A DNA stretch of 64,000 nt from Amphiscolops sp. MND2022 (Eukaryota), in the NCBI GenBank assembly GCA_964187785.1, contig OZ076409.1:47742001-47806000 (forward strand), written 5' to 3'. The position numbers and the translations under genes are program-made. Below, piece after piece: positions 1 to 14,007 of this stretch. Each line of letters starts with the position of its first letter. The first letter of the stretch is position 1. The notes under the pieces were generated by a model that had not been told where the DNA came from, ran no database searches, and saw only the letters and a list, made by a program, of their open reading frames with translations.

Positions 1-227
1 AAAGGGTACCTTTGTACTTTTTCGGCACTATGAGACAGTTTCAAACACCTCATTTCCCACCTGTAATTAGGTTTTCTCAATATATATTCACAGATAATTT
101 TTTTCACAACTGTTAGAATTTTTGACATTATATACTTACTATATTGCGGAGAAAAATTAGGCTTTTAAAAAACTTTGCGTTTTTGAGGCTTAAGTGGGGC
201 GACGATTTGAGACGTTCCCGTCTTGTT
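1..227 (-). repeat. Partial copy of dispersed non-autonomous repeat family (CAAGCC/AGTCGGCGC-ended)
   Basis: Ends in GACGTTCCCGTCTTGTT, the reverse complement of the terminus of copies at 14008, 18028 and 20587; contains the TTCGGCACTATGAGAC core. Confidence 0.55.
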
Positions 228-730
228 GTAATTTTTCGTTTTTCAATACGGTCGAAGTGACTATTTCATGCCAAACGCAAATGTTTTACGGAATTCCTAC
301 TAACTAGCAAATTGTTCGTACGAGTCCTTTCAAACTTTGACAAAAGGATTTGAATAAAAACGAGTTTTAAGCTTTATTTTCCGTGTTTTTTGGTAAAGAC
401 TTCATTCGGATATATTTCAATAATTCAAAGAGGCCCGTTTTAGTTTTTTTGGACAATTTTGATAGAGAAAAAAAACCATTTTAAATCACAAAGGGTCAAT
501 TTGTTTTTTTTCGGCACTGTGGAACTTTTTTGAGAAAATTTTCATTTCCGAAAAGGCTCTCGCCTTGGCTTTTAACGTTTCGGGTGGGAAAAAACTTGGG
601 TTTCCTAATGTTTTTGGTGAGAATTAGAGCACTTTTAAGCCAAAAGGTTCCCCTTTTGATTTTGTTTCAGTAGTGCGAAATTCAGATTCATTCAAACGAG
701 AATCCTTGACGCTTTGAAGTACTTCTGCTG

Positions 731-1190
731 TTTTTAGTCGGCGTTTTTTGAAGAAAATGAACGACTCTTACAGTGGCTAGTTTTTCTTCGTCAGTTCAAC
801 GCGATCGGTCCACTTTTTCTGCTCATTCAGACTTTTTCTGTTCAGACTTTCAGAAGCTTCAGACTTTCAGAAGGAGAACGTAGGGTTTGAGTCTCGCACT
901 AAACCACAAGTTTTTTACTGTTTCCAAAAGTAGAGGGTAGACCAGAGGATCCCCCCATTGGATTTTTTCGGCACTATGCGACTTTTTCCCGAAATTTGAA
1001 TTTTATCAATGGGTACCCCCTTGAATTTTTTTGAAGTTACCGGTTTGTAAAAAACGTTTATTGAGCCTAAAGGGTCTCTTTTTGGGTTTTTCGGCATTAT
1101 GCAACTTTCTTTACCAAATCCTTTTTTGAAAAATTTGAATTTTTCTCTCAGGCAAATTTTATGATGTTTCCAGTAAACTGGGACCATTCC
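731..1190 (-). repeat. Copy of the same dispersed repeat family
   Basis: Starts TTTTTAGTCGGCG; contains CGGCACTATGCGACTTTT and GGGTACCCCC cores shared with other copies. Confidence 0.55.
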
Positions 1191-1412
1191 TGGCTTGTTC
1201 AGGCTAATAATAACTACTTAGGTCGCTGCCAGCTTGTTCAACTCTGATGTTAATCGTTTCCACGAAAGCATTTGAAACGTGGAACTGAAAAACATCTGAA
1301 AAAAATACAATCTAAAATAGTACTGAATTTTTTTGAGTTTTGGTAAGTTTTTAAGGGTATTTTTTAGGCTTTTTAAGAATGTCCTCGGATGAGTGAGACA
1401 TTTTTCTTTATA

Positions 1413-2613
1413 CACTATGGTATTGAAAAAGAGGTACCCTTGGAGAACTTTTGAAAAAAGGAACATTTTAACAAAAAACATACTTTATTCAAACAAATTA
1501 GCAGTTTAGTATCCAAATGGTGTGCTTTTCACCCGGGACACCTTTTCAATTCTACTTTCCATAGATTAATATAGTTTTGCTAGTTTCTTGATCAATATTG
1601 TTCAAAATTTCTAGTAATTGTTCTTCTAAATTTTCCCGAGAATCTGTCTGTTTGCGCAATCGTTCTTTAATAATGGCCCATAAATTCTCAATAGGGTTCA
1701 GGTCAGGGCTATATGCGAGGTAATCCGAGATTTTCCAGCTGTTTTCAGCAAAGTACTCCATAATTTTCGTCGCTTTATGGATAGGGGCGTTGCCTTCCTG
1801 ACAATCTAAAGCTTCAAAATGGAGAGTTTCTTGGTTTTCTGCAACACTTTCAGATATTCATCACTGTTCATGTTGTTCGAGCATTTAATAGGCATTTTGC
1901 GGTCATCAAATCGTATTGTTCCTCGAAATATAAGCGATTCTTTGTCTCTGCTAATTTTTAAAAAGTTTTCTTCATTTTACCTTGTTCCATTCTTCTTAAA
2001 ACTCATCATCCCATCACTTGTTAGTCTTACACGATTTTCGTCGGTAAAGACCACTTTCTGCCAGTAACTGAAAGCCTTATTTTTCATCAATTCACACCAA
2101 TTTGGACGGTTGATCTTGTGTTCGCGCTTTAAATTTAACTTTTGAGCTGCAATCCGGCTTTAGTTCTGTGTTTTTTAAAATCTTTCGAACTGTCTACCTC
2201 GAAATGAAGGTCGAGAATGAGTTATAGTGTACTCACTTTTTCCAAACTCACCATCGGGTTCTTTAAAACATCGGTCACGAAATTCTTTTAGTCTTTTTCT
2301 GTTAGTTTTTTTGGCCTGTTAGTAGGTTTCTTAGGGTTGTAAGAATTTTTTTGTAACGTAAATAAGCATTTGAAACTGTAGATTTTGATTCAATTTTAAG
2401 CTTCTCTTGTTTCTCTCGGTAAGAAAATACAACACTTTTAATGTAGCAAATTGGCAAACAAAATAAGGGTCATTTTCGTATTTTCATGAGAAAAACAACG
2501 TTTGAACTGTAAGCTTTGAGCTGTTTGAACAATGTGAACTTCCGTTTTGAAACTGAGGCTGAACTAAAAAGTTGTTCTAAACTTGAGGTACCTATCTTTT
2601 CAATACCATAGTG
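1413..2613 (-). mobile_element. Degenerate Tc1/mariner DNA transposon
   Basis: TIRs CACTATGGTATTGAAAA..GGTACC at 1413 and reverse complement ending 2613, flanked by TA (1411-1412, 2614-2615); minus-strand transposase remnant with YSPDLNPIENLW (1552-1761); ORF broken. Confidence 0.9.
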
Positions 2614-3665
2614 TATCTAATCTAGTTAATTGTTAGTTTCGATAGACGTGATCCAGAAATTTGGATCAAGTCGAGAACCAACTATGTTGTTTCAGTCTAC
2701 GGTTGATTTCACCTGCGATTGCTTCACCCAGTGATTTATTCTTTTGAAGAACTTATTTGAGATATGAACACATGCCTCGTGGCAAGAACATTAAGAACCC
2801 TAAACGAATTTTATGCAGCCCTCTTGTCTTAACATCTCATCGGCGCACATGAGTGTAGGCGCACATTGAACGAATGATACAGTAAGTTTGGTCAATTAGG
2901 CGAGGTTTTGATGGGCTATGAAATGAGCTACAGGGTCTTTCAGAAATTATGTCAAAACTATCTTCAAATAATGAGAAATTGTTCAAACTCAACGAGAATG
3001 TTTTCAGGTTTTTATAGAGAAACATTGAAACTTTTGATGTTTTGGTTCACTCATTATTAACAAATTTCAATTTTTCACTTCCTTTTTCCGGTTATGAACC
3101 AAGTTATTCAATATTCGGAAACCATTACACCTGTGTGAAGATCAGAATGGAGGTCCTTTCCAGCACCTAATGTAGATGAAAAAAATTTCAAAATATCAAA
3201 AATAAAAGTTCCATATATTGTTGAAAATCTGTTGAAAAATAGTTACGTTTTGAGTTATTGAGATATTTGAAATTAAAGTTGACAAATAATTTCTGAAAAA
3301 CCCTGTCTTTCAGCGTTTTCAAGTGAAAATTTGATTCATTATAGATACGTCAATATTTGTGGACTGAAATTCGAGCTATTTTTGTAATGTTCTTCTACAA
3401 ATGCTTCAGAAAATCAAGTTTTGGACTGAAATATTGGATTCCATTGCGGAACTATCATTGATGTAAAAGAACAACTTCGGTAGGTTCTGAAAATTTTCCA
3501 AGAAACAGCATTCACAGTTGGGAGATTTTAGCTTGAATAAAGGATAAAAAATATAATAAACCTTATGGTTCAGTGTGTTTTCAAGAGTTTTATGAACAGA
3601 TGAAAAATAAATGAAACATCTAAAATGCACATAACGAAAGGCTGTTTATTTTGCCGAATTTTTCA

Positions 3666-4463
3666 TCAGGCAAGGAGTCCGGAGTCCAAGAATAAACCGG
3701 AGCCTGTGATCATCCTGGAGCTATCGCTAAGAAGGAAGGCTACAGCTCTGGACACGTCTGCACTTTCCGCCATTCTTCCCAGAGGATGTCGCTTCATGAA
3801 GTTCTCTATGAAATCTTGCACTTGCCTCGTTTTTTGGTTTAAAAGCATGCCTGTCATAACAAATGTGGGACACAGTGCCACAGAACGGATTCCATGTTCA
3901 CCCAGCTCCAGTGCCATACATTTAGTCAACATCTGCAGAGCCGCTTTCGAACAACAGTAAGTGGTGGATTTAGTGAGGGCCTTCTGAGAAGCAACACTAC
4001 CCATGTTTATGATGACACCTTTGATGTTGTTTTTGATCATATTTTTAGCAGCCAGTTGGCCAAAATGTAACTGAGCACTGAAGTTGGTGTTAAGAACCAG
4101 GTCTAGGTTCTCCTTGGATATGTCGAGAAAATGCTCTGCACGTACAATGGCCGCATTGTTGACCAAAAAATGGACGGGAGGCAAAGTCTGGAACCATTCC
4201 TCGACAAGCTGCCAATCAGTGATATCCAGAGACTTGGTGATGATGCGACACTCATCCGAAAACTGTTTGTATAGAGAGTCCAGGTCTGCTTGAGTTCTGC
4301 TCACGGCAATGATGTCACAACCTTGGTCGACCAGCTCTTGCACACACTCACGACCTATGCTTTTACCAGCTCCAGTGATCAGCGCAGTTTTGCCCTTCAA
4401 GTCTGGGTAAATTACTTTAGCGATGGGTTCTGCATCATCTGGAGGTGTTACTGCAGTCGCCAT
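3666..4463 (-). CDS. DCXR: Short-chain dehydrogenase/reductase, L-xylulose reductase-like, single exon, 265 aa
   Basis: TGAGKSIG cofactor motif, LVNNAA, S-x12-YCCSK catalytic residues, KCMALELGEHGIR and ITGSGLFLDSG C-terminus; orthology to DCXR is by recalled similarity. Confidence 0.8.
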   Translation of the reverse strand: MATAVTPPDDAEPIAKVIYPDLKGKTALITGAGKSIGRECVQELVDQGCDIIAVSRTQADLDSLYKQFSDECRIITKSLDITDWQLVEEWFQTLPPVHFLVNNAAIVRAEHFLDISKENLDLVLNTNFSAQLHFGQLAAKNMIKNNIKGVIINMGSVASQKALTKSTTYCCSKAALQMLTKCMALELGEHGIRSVALCPTFVMTGMLLNQKTRQVQDFIENFMKRHPLGRMAESADVSRAVAFLLSDSSRMITGSGLFLDSGLLA

Positions 4464-5260
4464 CTTGTTTCACGGTGATTTCAGTTAACAACCACGCTTA
4501 ACAACAAAGAAAGAACGAATGCAAAGATACGGCAGCCTCCAGTGGGTTGCTGTTGGGTTTGAATCACCGTTGGATGCAAATGAGGGGGGCCTCTGCAGAT
4601 TGGTTTGCAAGACTGGAATTAGCGTGAACAGACAGATAACAGTGTTTGGAGAGCTTTGACACAGTTTGAATTACTGTCGACTTGCAAATGTCGTGAGTGC
4701 TTCAACACACGTTGAGACAAGGTCGGCCAAGGCGGCAGGAAGAAAAGAGGTCAACAATTAGTCAAGAGTCGTCGCCAAAGATGCAACAATCATCGTCAAG
4801 GGGTACATGCCCTGTGAGCTAGAAAGCCGACAAACAAGCCATATTTGCCTGTATACAACTTCAAACGATCTTCGTACCATTATAACTTGATATTAACATG
4901 CAAGAGCAATTGAAACAAGACCAACTGATCAACAGATTTTGTTCATTAAACTTAATGGTTTCCTTAAATAAAGACCTGATTTGTTTTGTTATTATTAAAT
5001 AATGATAAAGTCTAGGTTTTACAGAGCAAAGCAAGTATTTCGTGGGCGGTTCTTTTACGCACCTAGAAACATATCTCATAGAAAAGACAGACAGAAGAAA
5101 TGTTTTTTGATATATATAATTTGCGAGAAAGTAAGATTGAAATTTACAGGATGCCGGCACAAATTGAAGTCAAATATGAATAAACTTTTAATTCAAAGGA
5201 CTGAGAAATCTGGAATGAAATATTGAACACAATGCAAAAATTGAATGATTCAATAAATAC

Positions 5261-8200
5261 TCAGAAGTCAGAGACAGGTTTTATTCCTCTAGGAAGAATA
5301 GTTTGATTTCTTGCAGCAGGTTGGTTGAAAGGAGGGCGCATACGCATTGGAACTCCTCCTCTAAAAACACCAATACCGCCATTCATTGCAGATGGGGGCC
5401 GGATTGCGACATTTCGCTGAAACAATAAACACCATTCAATCAATGATCAACGGATGCTAATAGATGGCATCTGAGATTTAAGTTGAGTGAAACGATGCAA
5501 AGAATTCAAATTTTCGAGTTTTGAATTAGGCTCATTTTAACCCTAAATAGCCTAGCGGTCTTTAAAGCAGCCTACCTTTTTTGAACTTCTGACCAGTTAT
5601 GCCAGTAGCTCATATTCTCTAGCACAGTTTTAATTTAACAATTCGTTGGTACCGTGTTTGGTTTGAGCCGCACAAGCATTAGAAAAGGTGAATTTGTCTA
5701 CAAAACAAATGATTATACTTTTCCAAAAGCCCTTTTCGGCAAAATCCAGTTGTCTCAAAAGTCCTTGACCCAGAAAAGAGCAATCCCACACCCTTCCACA
5801 AAGAACCCTCCCACAGAAATATCTCCCAGTCGGTGTTTAGAAACGGTCAATTTTAGCCGAAATTGTTTTCCTCCCCACCTTCTGCCAATAGATACTAGAA
5901 GCGCTGATGGAGAGCCGGAAAGTACCTTCCACTTGGCCTGACGGTTTAATGTGAGTTTCTCCACGTGGTGAGTGAGTTCCTCTGTGTTGCGTTTAGGTGG
6001 GTTGCAGGAAAAACGAAAGGGTCCCTCTTTGGTTTTTTTGCGGCACTACTCGACTTTTCCAATTTTTTAGAACCGAAGGCCTCATTTCGTTGGCTACGCT
6101 CTAGCCCTAAATTATGTTGCTAAAACATTTCAGGCTAAAATCTTGCAAAAAAACCGCTCAATGTTTGAGGTTATAAATTCTTTCAAGCCACTAGTAGGTC
6201 AGGTTCTACAAACTTCCCCAATAAACCCGGTAAAAAATGAGAAACACCTTTATAAGCACAAAAAAACCACCGCAGAATCAAAATTTAACTCACATTTGGC
6301 TGATGAGGCTGTACATGATGGATTGGCTGTTGTTGTCTCAAACTGGATGTTCGCTGTGAGAACTGAGTCATAGAATTCGGCATAGCACCACTTGCAAACC
6401 CTGCGGCTCTTGGACTCATGAAATTAGAAGACATCGACATCTGAGGGCGCATGAACCTGTCAGTAGGCGCAGAAACCCGTGGCCTGAATTGAGGGGACAT
6501 TGAGTTGAAGGGGCTGTAGGTAGACCCAGAAGCAGCACCCATCACTTGTTGCTGGTAGAGAGGCGCCCTGTTGGCACCAGTTGCAGCTCGATGAGTAAAT
6601 TGAGACTGGTTAGGTGGTAAGGGACCTTCGAAGTCGGCAGCACCTCCCCTGTTACCCATCACAGCAGGGTCCGGTGCAACTACTGAATTTCTCATTCCGT
6701 ACAATCTGTTCTCTGCCACAAACTCTAATTCTTCTGAAATACAATATCCACTGTGTTTAGACAAAGTACTTTCAGTTTGCAGCGACCAACGCTTGGATGG
6801 ACTACTAGTATTAACACAGAGGCGAAGCCGTGCTTCGCAAAGACTTGCGAACTTTTGAAGAGAAAACCAAATTTGAAGCAATATCATACAGAGAACCAAG
6901 GGTAAAAGGACTTTATTTCATCAATTTTACAGCGCCAAAAAATACCCGAAGGGATACGTTTAAGACTCGAAAACCATTTTCCCCCAACTGGAAAAACCAA
7001 TCTTTCTCAACCAAAAACCTTTCAAAAAACGAAAAATTAAGGAAAAAAAGTTTTTGAAGTTTCTATAATTTTTTATGAAGGTCTCCGGTAAGTCGCATAG
7101 TGCCTAAAACCGCGAAGAGTCCTTTATGCTCGTAAAACGTTTCGTTCCTAGTAAAAATTGAAGGGGAGCTTCGATTGAAAAATTAGGAAAAAGTGTGCAT
7201 AAAAAAACGCCGGTCTTTAAAAAAATAAAATTCGGATATAGCGTGCTGGGCATAAGAAAACCTAACTTCAAGAAAAATATTCATTTTGAAAAATCTCAAT
7301 GCCGAAAACTGTGAAAGAGGGGACCCTGTTACATTTTTTAACATCCATTCTGTTGCAAAATATCAAAAAATTGAAGGGGGCTTTATGTAGACTTTAAAAA
7401 ATTTTCGCAAAAAAACAAATGACAATTTTGAAGCGGGAAAAAGGGGAAGTATCATGGTGCCGAAAAAACTGGAAACATTCTGCTTCAGAATGCTTGTAAT
7501 AAGAAAATTAGCACATACGCACCGGTTCGAACACGAACCCTCTGAGTTGAAAAGCAAGCATCTTACCACTAGACCACGAACGCCTGAACTGTGCTACTTG
7601 CCGACTGAACCGAGAGAGTTGTCGCGCGGAAAAAAAAGCACCCGCACTTTACCATAACACTTGCTTATCGCAAGTGCAATAATCTCGTTATCTAAGTTCG
7701 ACATTTCTCAACTATCCATTTCCATTCATTTGGAACCTTTTTTCACCATATATTAGCTACTACACCTTGATGTTTCGGCTCTCAGCAATTTTAATCGAAT
7801 CAGGATAACTCGCTTATAAATCTTCATTTCATCGAAACATACCAGATTACTCTTGTGAGAGAAAATCATTTATGCATGATCAAAGTGCCAAGCTTAGTAT
7901 TGCATGTGGCCCCAAGTGTTAATATTTCAGAGCCGCATGTGCGGTTAATAAATTCGGATTAAAATGTTGAAAAACAAATTCTGTACTTTATTGTCGTGCA
8001 TTTAGGACATGAGAAACCTCTTAGCTAGCCAAAGGAAAACATTACTCAACCAAATTTCGGAAACCTGTGAAATTGATACGAATTTAAATCTTACAGGCAA
8101 TTAGATATACGACGAAAGATTTACGACATGAAGACAAATTGAACTATTTTTCGATCAAATTAGGTCCAAGGAGATTGATTGTCTTTTAATTGGTTTATTT

Positions 8201-11200
8201 TTGTTAACGAAGGACAAGGGTCCGATCCGGAGAGCTGCTTAAGCTCGTTCCTTGTCCAAATTGGGTGATTAATTGAATGTTTCTATTTTGCTTATGTAAT
8301 GAGCCAAATTAAATAAATTATCATTAATATTAGGCACCAGAACGTAGCTGATCATGTATATCATGCATGTGCAATTTGGGGTATTTTATCACATTGGTTA
8401 TATGCAACGGATATCATCTTTGGCACCGTCGCATCAGCCAAGTTTGATACTTTTCATTCAGCAGCTGAAAGGTGCAAAAACCCAATAATTGTGGTCTATT
8501 ATAGTACCCAATAATACGTCTTGGCCGTTCATGAACACATGTTTGAGAAGCAAATACTTTGACTAATGACTTTACCACTTCAGGAAAAATGATTTACTTC
8601 ACAAGGAGAAAAAATTGACCGGAAATGAAAACAGCGCAAAAAATACTCACCAGGATTCTGTTCGGTTATTTTCACTTGTAAGCCTTTCGCAGTGAGTTCC
8701 TTGACGGCCATGGTAGCATCTTTATTACTTTCGAAGACAATGTAGGCGTGATATGACTGAACAAGGATTTTCATAATGCGACCGTAGCTCGAAAAGTGCT
8801 CCCTCAATTCTTCTTCGCTTGTGTTCAGCTTCAAGTGTTTGACCAGAATTGTGCTAGATGCCTCTTGCTTCTTGTCATGCAACACCTAATCAAATTGCTT
8901 CATGAGCGTGTTTGCAATGCTTATAAATGCAACGAGAACATTTCTCACACATTCTAAAACTGAGTAATAAATGCCATACGATACTCAATCCACGGCGACT
9001 GTAGGAAAAATGCTAATGTATACGCAAAGTTTTTTCTACACAACTAAATATTGAGTGCAGCATTTCGACTCACTAAATTTGTCCGCTAAATAAAGTACTA
9101 TTCCGCATACGTAGTAATAATTTACCATCTTACCCTTTCAACTTTTTTTTGACAGTGTGAGACAGTTTTTTATATTTTGCGATTTAACAATAACCCATAC
9201 TATTTTTCCTCCAAAAGAAAATCAGGACCAAGGGTCAAATCAACCATTCGATTTGACCTCAGAAATTAAGGGTTTGCTACATTGAAACTATGCAAACTTC
9301 AGATTTTAAAAATCGTTTGAAATCAATCTTTAAAAAAACCATTAAAAAAACAAACATAAGCAAAAACTTCTAGCTGATAGTCATTTTAAAAATGAAGCAA
9401 GCTTTTGTTCCATTTGCCAAGTGATCAATCAACCATCTGCACTTCAGACTGAAGATTAAATACGTTCTACTATTAAACGGAAAACCAAAAGTATAATTTC
9501 ACTACCTCGTTAGGAATAGCCCAATCAGCACAGTAGTCCCTGTAGTTGCTCCAAGACTCGATTGGATAAGGATTCGACTGGATGATGTCCCTAACATTCC
9601 TGGCAGCTTCAAACGACTCAAATGAAAAAATACAGAACCCAGAGTTTCCACAGTCCTTGGACTTGTAAACAAGATCCAGTTCAGTTATCCCGGTGTAGAT
9701 CTTGGAAAAAGCTTCAGCAATTTCTTCCTCAGTCTTTTCCGTTGGCAAGTTTCCGATGAACAATTGGTTGAACTTGATTTCTCGTCTGACAATCATTTTG
9801 TGTCTGGGCTTTATGAGGCGCCCGTGCAGTAATTTGATAGCCCTATCTGTTTCTATTCTAGTGCACATTGTGACAAAACAAAACCCTTTGTTTAGACTTG
9901 TTACTTCATCAACGAGAACTCGCATTTCGTAGACATTTCCAGCCTCGAAGAAAACTGGAATAAGATCATCTTCAAAAACGTCACAGGGCAGCTTTCCCAC
10001 AAATAGCTTGCAATCCTGGCTCGGAGGCGGTCCTTGCCAATCCAATGGAGGACCGAAGCATCTGACGAATGGGTTTGACGTGTCGAAGTTGTATTGTGTA
10101 ACTTGGATGATATGCTGCAGTTTGTGGTAATCGGGGTTCACTTTTGTGGGGGTATACTGGCCTTCTTGGTGGGGCACGTAGTTCGAAGGCCCGGCGCCAC
10201 AAAACAGAATTTGATTCAAAACGGCCACTTCATCATTGAACATTTGAGCTTCTTCTCGCTCACTGCCAACTTTTTTCTCTCGAAGTTCAGTCAGCTCTGG
10301 TTTCGCTTTCATAGTCACTGCTTTAACGCCTACCTTCGCAAAAGGTGCAGTACTGGCGGTAACTTTCGAACTTTCTGCAACTGAAGGCTTTGTTGCAACT
10401 TTTGTACATTTGAAGACTAACGATTCCTCAGAGGTAGTTTTTGTGACAGAAGGACGTGAATTTTCAGAAACATCAGTTTTGACAGGTTTTTCCGTGTCGA
10501 AAACATCTGGCATGAAATCACTTTGTTGCTTGTCCTCGGAAGTAGCAAAATCATTAAATTTAGAATTGCTCTTATGATCAGGCTGATTTGGTTTTTGTGG
10601 AGCTGAATCTCGAGATTCCAGCTTAGGTGGAAAAACAGGTTCACCAGCAAGTTCAGATTTATTTTCTAACACCATCTCTGATTTCGGTACGCTTTCCTCT
10701 TCTTCTTTCAATATTTCCGATTCTGTTGTTTCTTCTAATTCTTCTGCTTTTGGTTCAGGATCATTCAAAACTTCAGGGTTCTGTTCTCCTGTTTTAGAGC
10801 CATCATCTTCAGGAGCGATACCAGATGATGGCACAACCTCTGAGCCTGAATGTTCAGGCAAAGGTCCAGGAGAAGGAGTTTCGTTATTGCCTACTGGAAA
10901 CGGAGGACTAACTTTGTCAATCTCCTCGCTATTTTTTAGGGCTTGAGCTGAAAGAATCTTAGCTTTCTGAAGAGCTATTTCTTTTGCTGGCTTCGCTTTA
11001 GCACTACCGTCCATCAAAGAGTTGCCTTTCAAAGTAGCTAACTTCACCTTTCCTTTGAAAAACAATCCATTATTTCTGACTTTGGTGAAATCACTGTCAC
11101 GGAATTGCTGCATAATGAAAAGGCTCAGCTCTTCGCTCAACTTGCTAAGGTTGTCGATGACATCAAGAGACAGGGGATCGGTCAAAAAACCATCTGCATA

Positions 11201-13822
11201 GAGCTGGTCTAGTTCCAAAACAACATCCTCAGTAAGACCACTTTTGAGAAACTCTTGAGCCTGGGCACAGAAATAATTGATTTCTTCTTCACTGTCGGAA
11301 GCTGCTTCTTCTTCCACATCTTCTTGTTCAAACTGTTCTCCGTTTTCACCACTTGCTTGCATCTCAAATTCTTGGCTGACTCGGGAGCCAGTCAGTGCTT
11401 CTTCTGGAGAATGCGCGTGATCTCTGTCATCGTCAGACTGCTGTGATTCCACAAATTCTGATGGTTCTTTCTGGCCATTGATATCTCCTGGCTTTGCAAA
11501 AGGTGGTGGAGGTTTAAGAGAGTTCAGAACAAACGACAAACTTCCAAGTTGCTTGTCTGAATGCTGAACTTCCTCTTCACTGGGTTCCGTCATTAGGTTG
11601 GCACAACCTTGGTAAACGCGTGCCTCTGATTCTTCTTCTGACTCTTCGTCAGATTCTTCTTTCTTCTCAACTTTCCTTGACGAACCCTTTTCCTTGGGAA
11701 TTACAATTTCGGGTTTGCTAGTTAGCATTTCTTTACGAGCCGTTGACAAAAAGTTGCTGAGTGCTAAATTCTTTTTGATCGTAGGTTGGGTTGCACTCGG
11801 AGATTTCACTGATATGGAGAGAGGTTTACGAGAAGGTCGTTCAATCGGAACAATAGAATTCAACACTGCAGAGGTCTCGGGTTTCACGTCGATCTTGACA
11901 TTTCTGAAAGGCACTTCAGGTTGCAAGGGATTCAAATTTTTCTTCTCTAGAAGAGGCTTCAGTCGTTCTCGTAGCGTAGATTTTTCGTCTCCGCAATCAG
12001 GTGACTCCGTCTTCAGAGGTTGGTTGAACTGATCTTCATGCGGATGAACAGCACCAATATCAGCTTCCTCAGATTTGATCCGATGTTGGGAAGGTATAGT
12101 TTGATTTTGATCTGTCTTGACTTCGGTTGAGTGCCTCATTTCTAGCTTGGATTCAACCTTTTCTGTTGTAGGCGAGTAATTACTAACTATTTCTTTATTG
12201 GCGGTTGATGCAGAGATCGAAGTTACCGGCACCGATTTTTCAGGAAGAACAGTAAGAGTGATTTTTGTTGATTTGAAAGTCGGCTCGTCGTCTTCGGAAT
12301 CTTTTGTTCGTTTTCTTTTCTTTTTGGCCATTTCTCGAGATTGAATCTTCTTAGAAGAGACATTACTTCGGTCTGAATCACTGCTGTTAGAACTGGAAGA
12401 TCTTTTTCGACGATGGGATTTAGACCGGGATCGCTTCTTTCGTTTAGTTTCTTCCTTTTTTCTAGATGTCACAGATGTTCTACCTTTCCTGGGACGACTG
12501 TGAGAAGAGCTGCTTTTTCTCCTTGTCCGATCGCCTCGGCTCTTCTTATCCTTGTTTCTTATTCTCTCACGAGGAGAAGACGACCGACTTTTCCCTCCCA
12601 AATGTTCGTTTTTCATCAACCGTCGGGATGAGTCTTTATTCAACTCAATTCTTCTCTCCAAACTTTCATCTCTAAAATGTTTCTTGTTCCTGCCGTAAAA
12701 ATGTTCGCCCGAAGTTTTCTCACTGCGTTTTTTGGATTTCTCGTCTTCTGACCAACTATCTTTTCTACCTCTGTTTGTCTCTCGGTGCTTCTCATTTTTG
12801 TCTTTGAAATCCTTCTTTGGCGAAATTCTGCCTTTCTTGGGAATATGTTCTGGAGATGATTTTTGAGAATGGTATTTGACGTCATTGAGAAAGTCTTCAC
12901 GACTATGCATGTTTTTGCCACTGACAGGAGGCTCACACACAGCTGGAATATAATTTTGGATGAAGCTGGTACTGCTCACGCGGGTATATTCAGGCGATGA
13001 TTTTCTTCTACTTGGATGATTGTCATTGGCAAGGTGAGTTCTCGCCAAACTAACGGTATCTCTGTCACCTTCTTTCAATTCTCTGGCTCCCTTTCTCTGC
13101 TTGTATTTTAACTTTTGGATGATTTCATCATCACTGGACGAGGACGACTGGTTTCGAACAACCCTTTCAATCCTCTCCAAATTGGGTTTGCTCTCATGAG
13201 CACCAAATCTTCCCACATGTTGTCTTGGAGACACTTCTGGAAGGCATTTTGCTCTGGAATTGGAAGAGAACATTATGTTTTTATGGTTGCTGTCATAACT
13301 GTCATTGGAATACACGGAAGCATCACTTTGATCATAGGCTCTCTCACTCTCGCTGCTTGAGGGCTGTGGTCTTCGCGAAGAGGTATCTTGGTCTATTTTG
13401 TTTCTTCGCTTGTCTATTTTCTTTGACTTCTCCTCTATCTTTTTAGACAACTTCTGATTTTTGGCAGATACTTTGTGCAAGGTAGAAGGAACAGGCTCTT
13501 TGCTTGTTTCTCTCACTATTGAAGCCGAGGAACCTGGTCGTGTAATGGTAGTTACCTGTAACAAAAAATTGCGAATCAGAAAAATCTTAAGCTCATGCAT
13601 TTCTCGAAAATTTTGAATCAAGCATAGAGATAAACGTAAAAACTCATAACCAGATTCAATTTAATATCAGACCTGGAGGCCACTGTCAGTGGTGTTGTTG
13701 AAGATGGCGTCAAGAAGTACATCATTTTCTACGTCCTTTTCTTTAATCCCGGATTTCTTCTTTGATTTCTTCTTTTTCAACTTTTTCCTAATAATTCTTT
13801 CTTCTTCGTCTGAAAGCATCAT
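5261..13822 (-). CDS. hnRNP Q/R (SYNCRIP)-like RNA-binding protein with long RS/K-rich N-terminal extension, 5 exons, ~1676 aa
   Basis: Exons 13822-13673, 13555-9506, 8885-8651, 6733-6294, 5416-5261, all GT-AG and phase-compatible (0,0,1,0). AcD/NURR-like block GLTEDVVLELDQLY..QQFRDSDFTKV; RRM1 LFVGKLPCDVFEDDLIPVF..NKGFCFV; RRM2 LFIGNLPTEKT..DWA; RRM3 ILVKHL..HAYIVF. Confidence 0.85.
6812..7700 (+). repeat. Intronic copy of dispersed repeat family with an embedded tRNA-like segment
   Basis: AGTCGCATAGTGCC and AATGCCGAAAACTGTGAAAGAGGGGACCC cores; AAATTCGGATATAGCG shared with 20830; boundaries approximate. Confidence 0.5.
7522..7580 (-). pseudogene. tRNA-derived sequence (SINE head or tRNA pseudogene)
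   Basis: Minus strand reads GTGGTCTAGTGGTAAG (A box)...GGTTCGTGTTCGAACC (B box); stems do not pair fully. Confidence 0.5.
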
Positions 13823-14007
13823 TTTCTTGAGTAAATCACAGGATTGAGTCAGCAATCATTGCAAGATACAAAATCGCAACAATGGGAGATGTGGACGAAA
13901 TTGATGGTCTGGAGATTTCAACTTGGAGTTCTCAAAACATTTTATCTAGAAGAGAATTTAGAAAATCAACTACGAAAGATCGAGTACATAAGTCCAAAGT
14001 GAAAACA

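Noticed and set aside
7522..7580. Functional tRNA gene (also 62378-62437)
   Set aside because: A and B boxes are present but acceptor and anticodon stems do not pair
13556..13621. ORF-track starts at 13621, 24941, 6899, 44160 and 47111
   Set aside because: They extend into introns or 5' flanks upstream of clear splice acceptors; spliced models fit better
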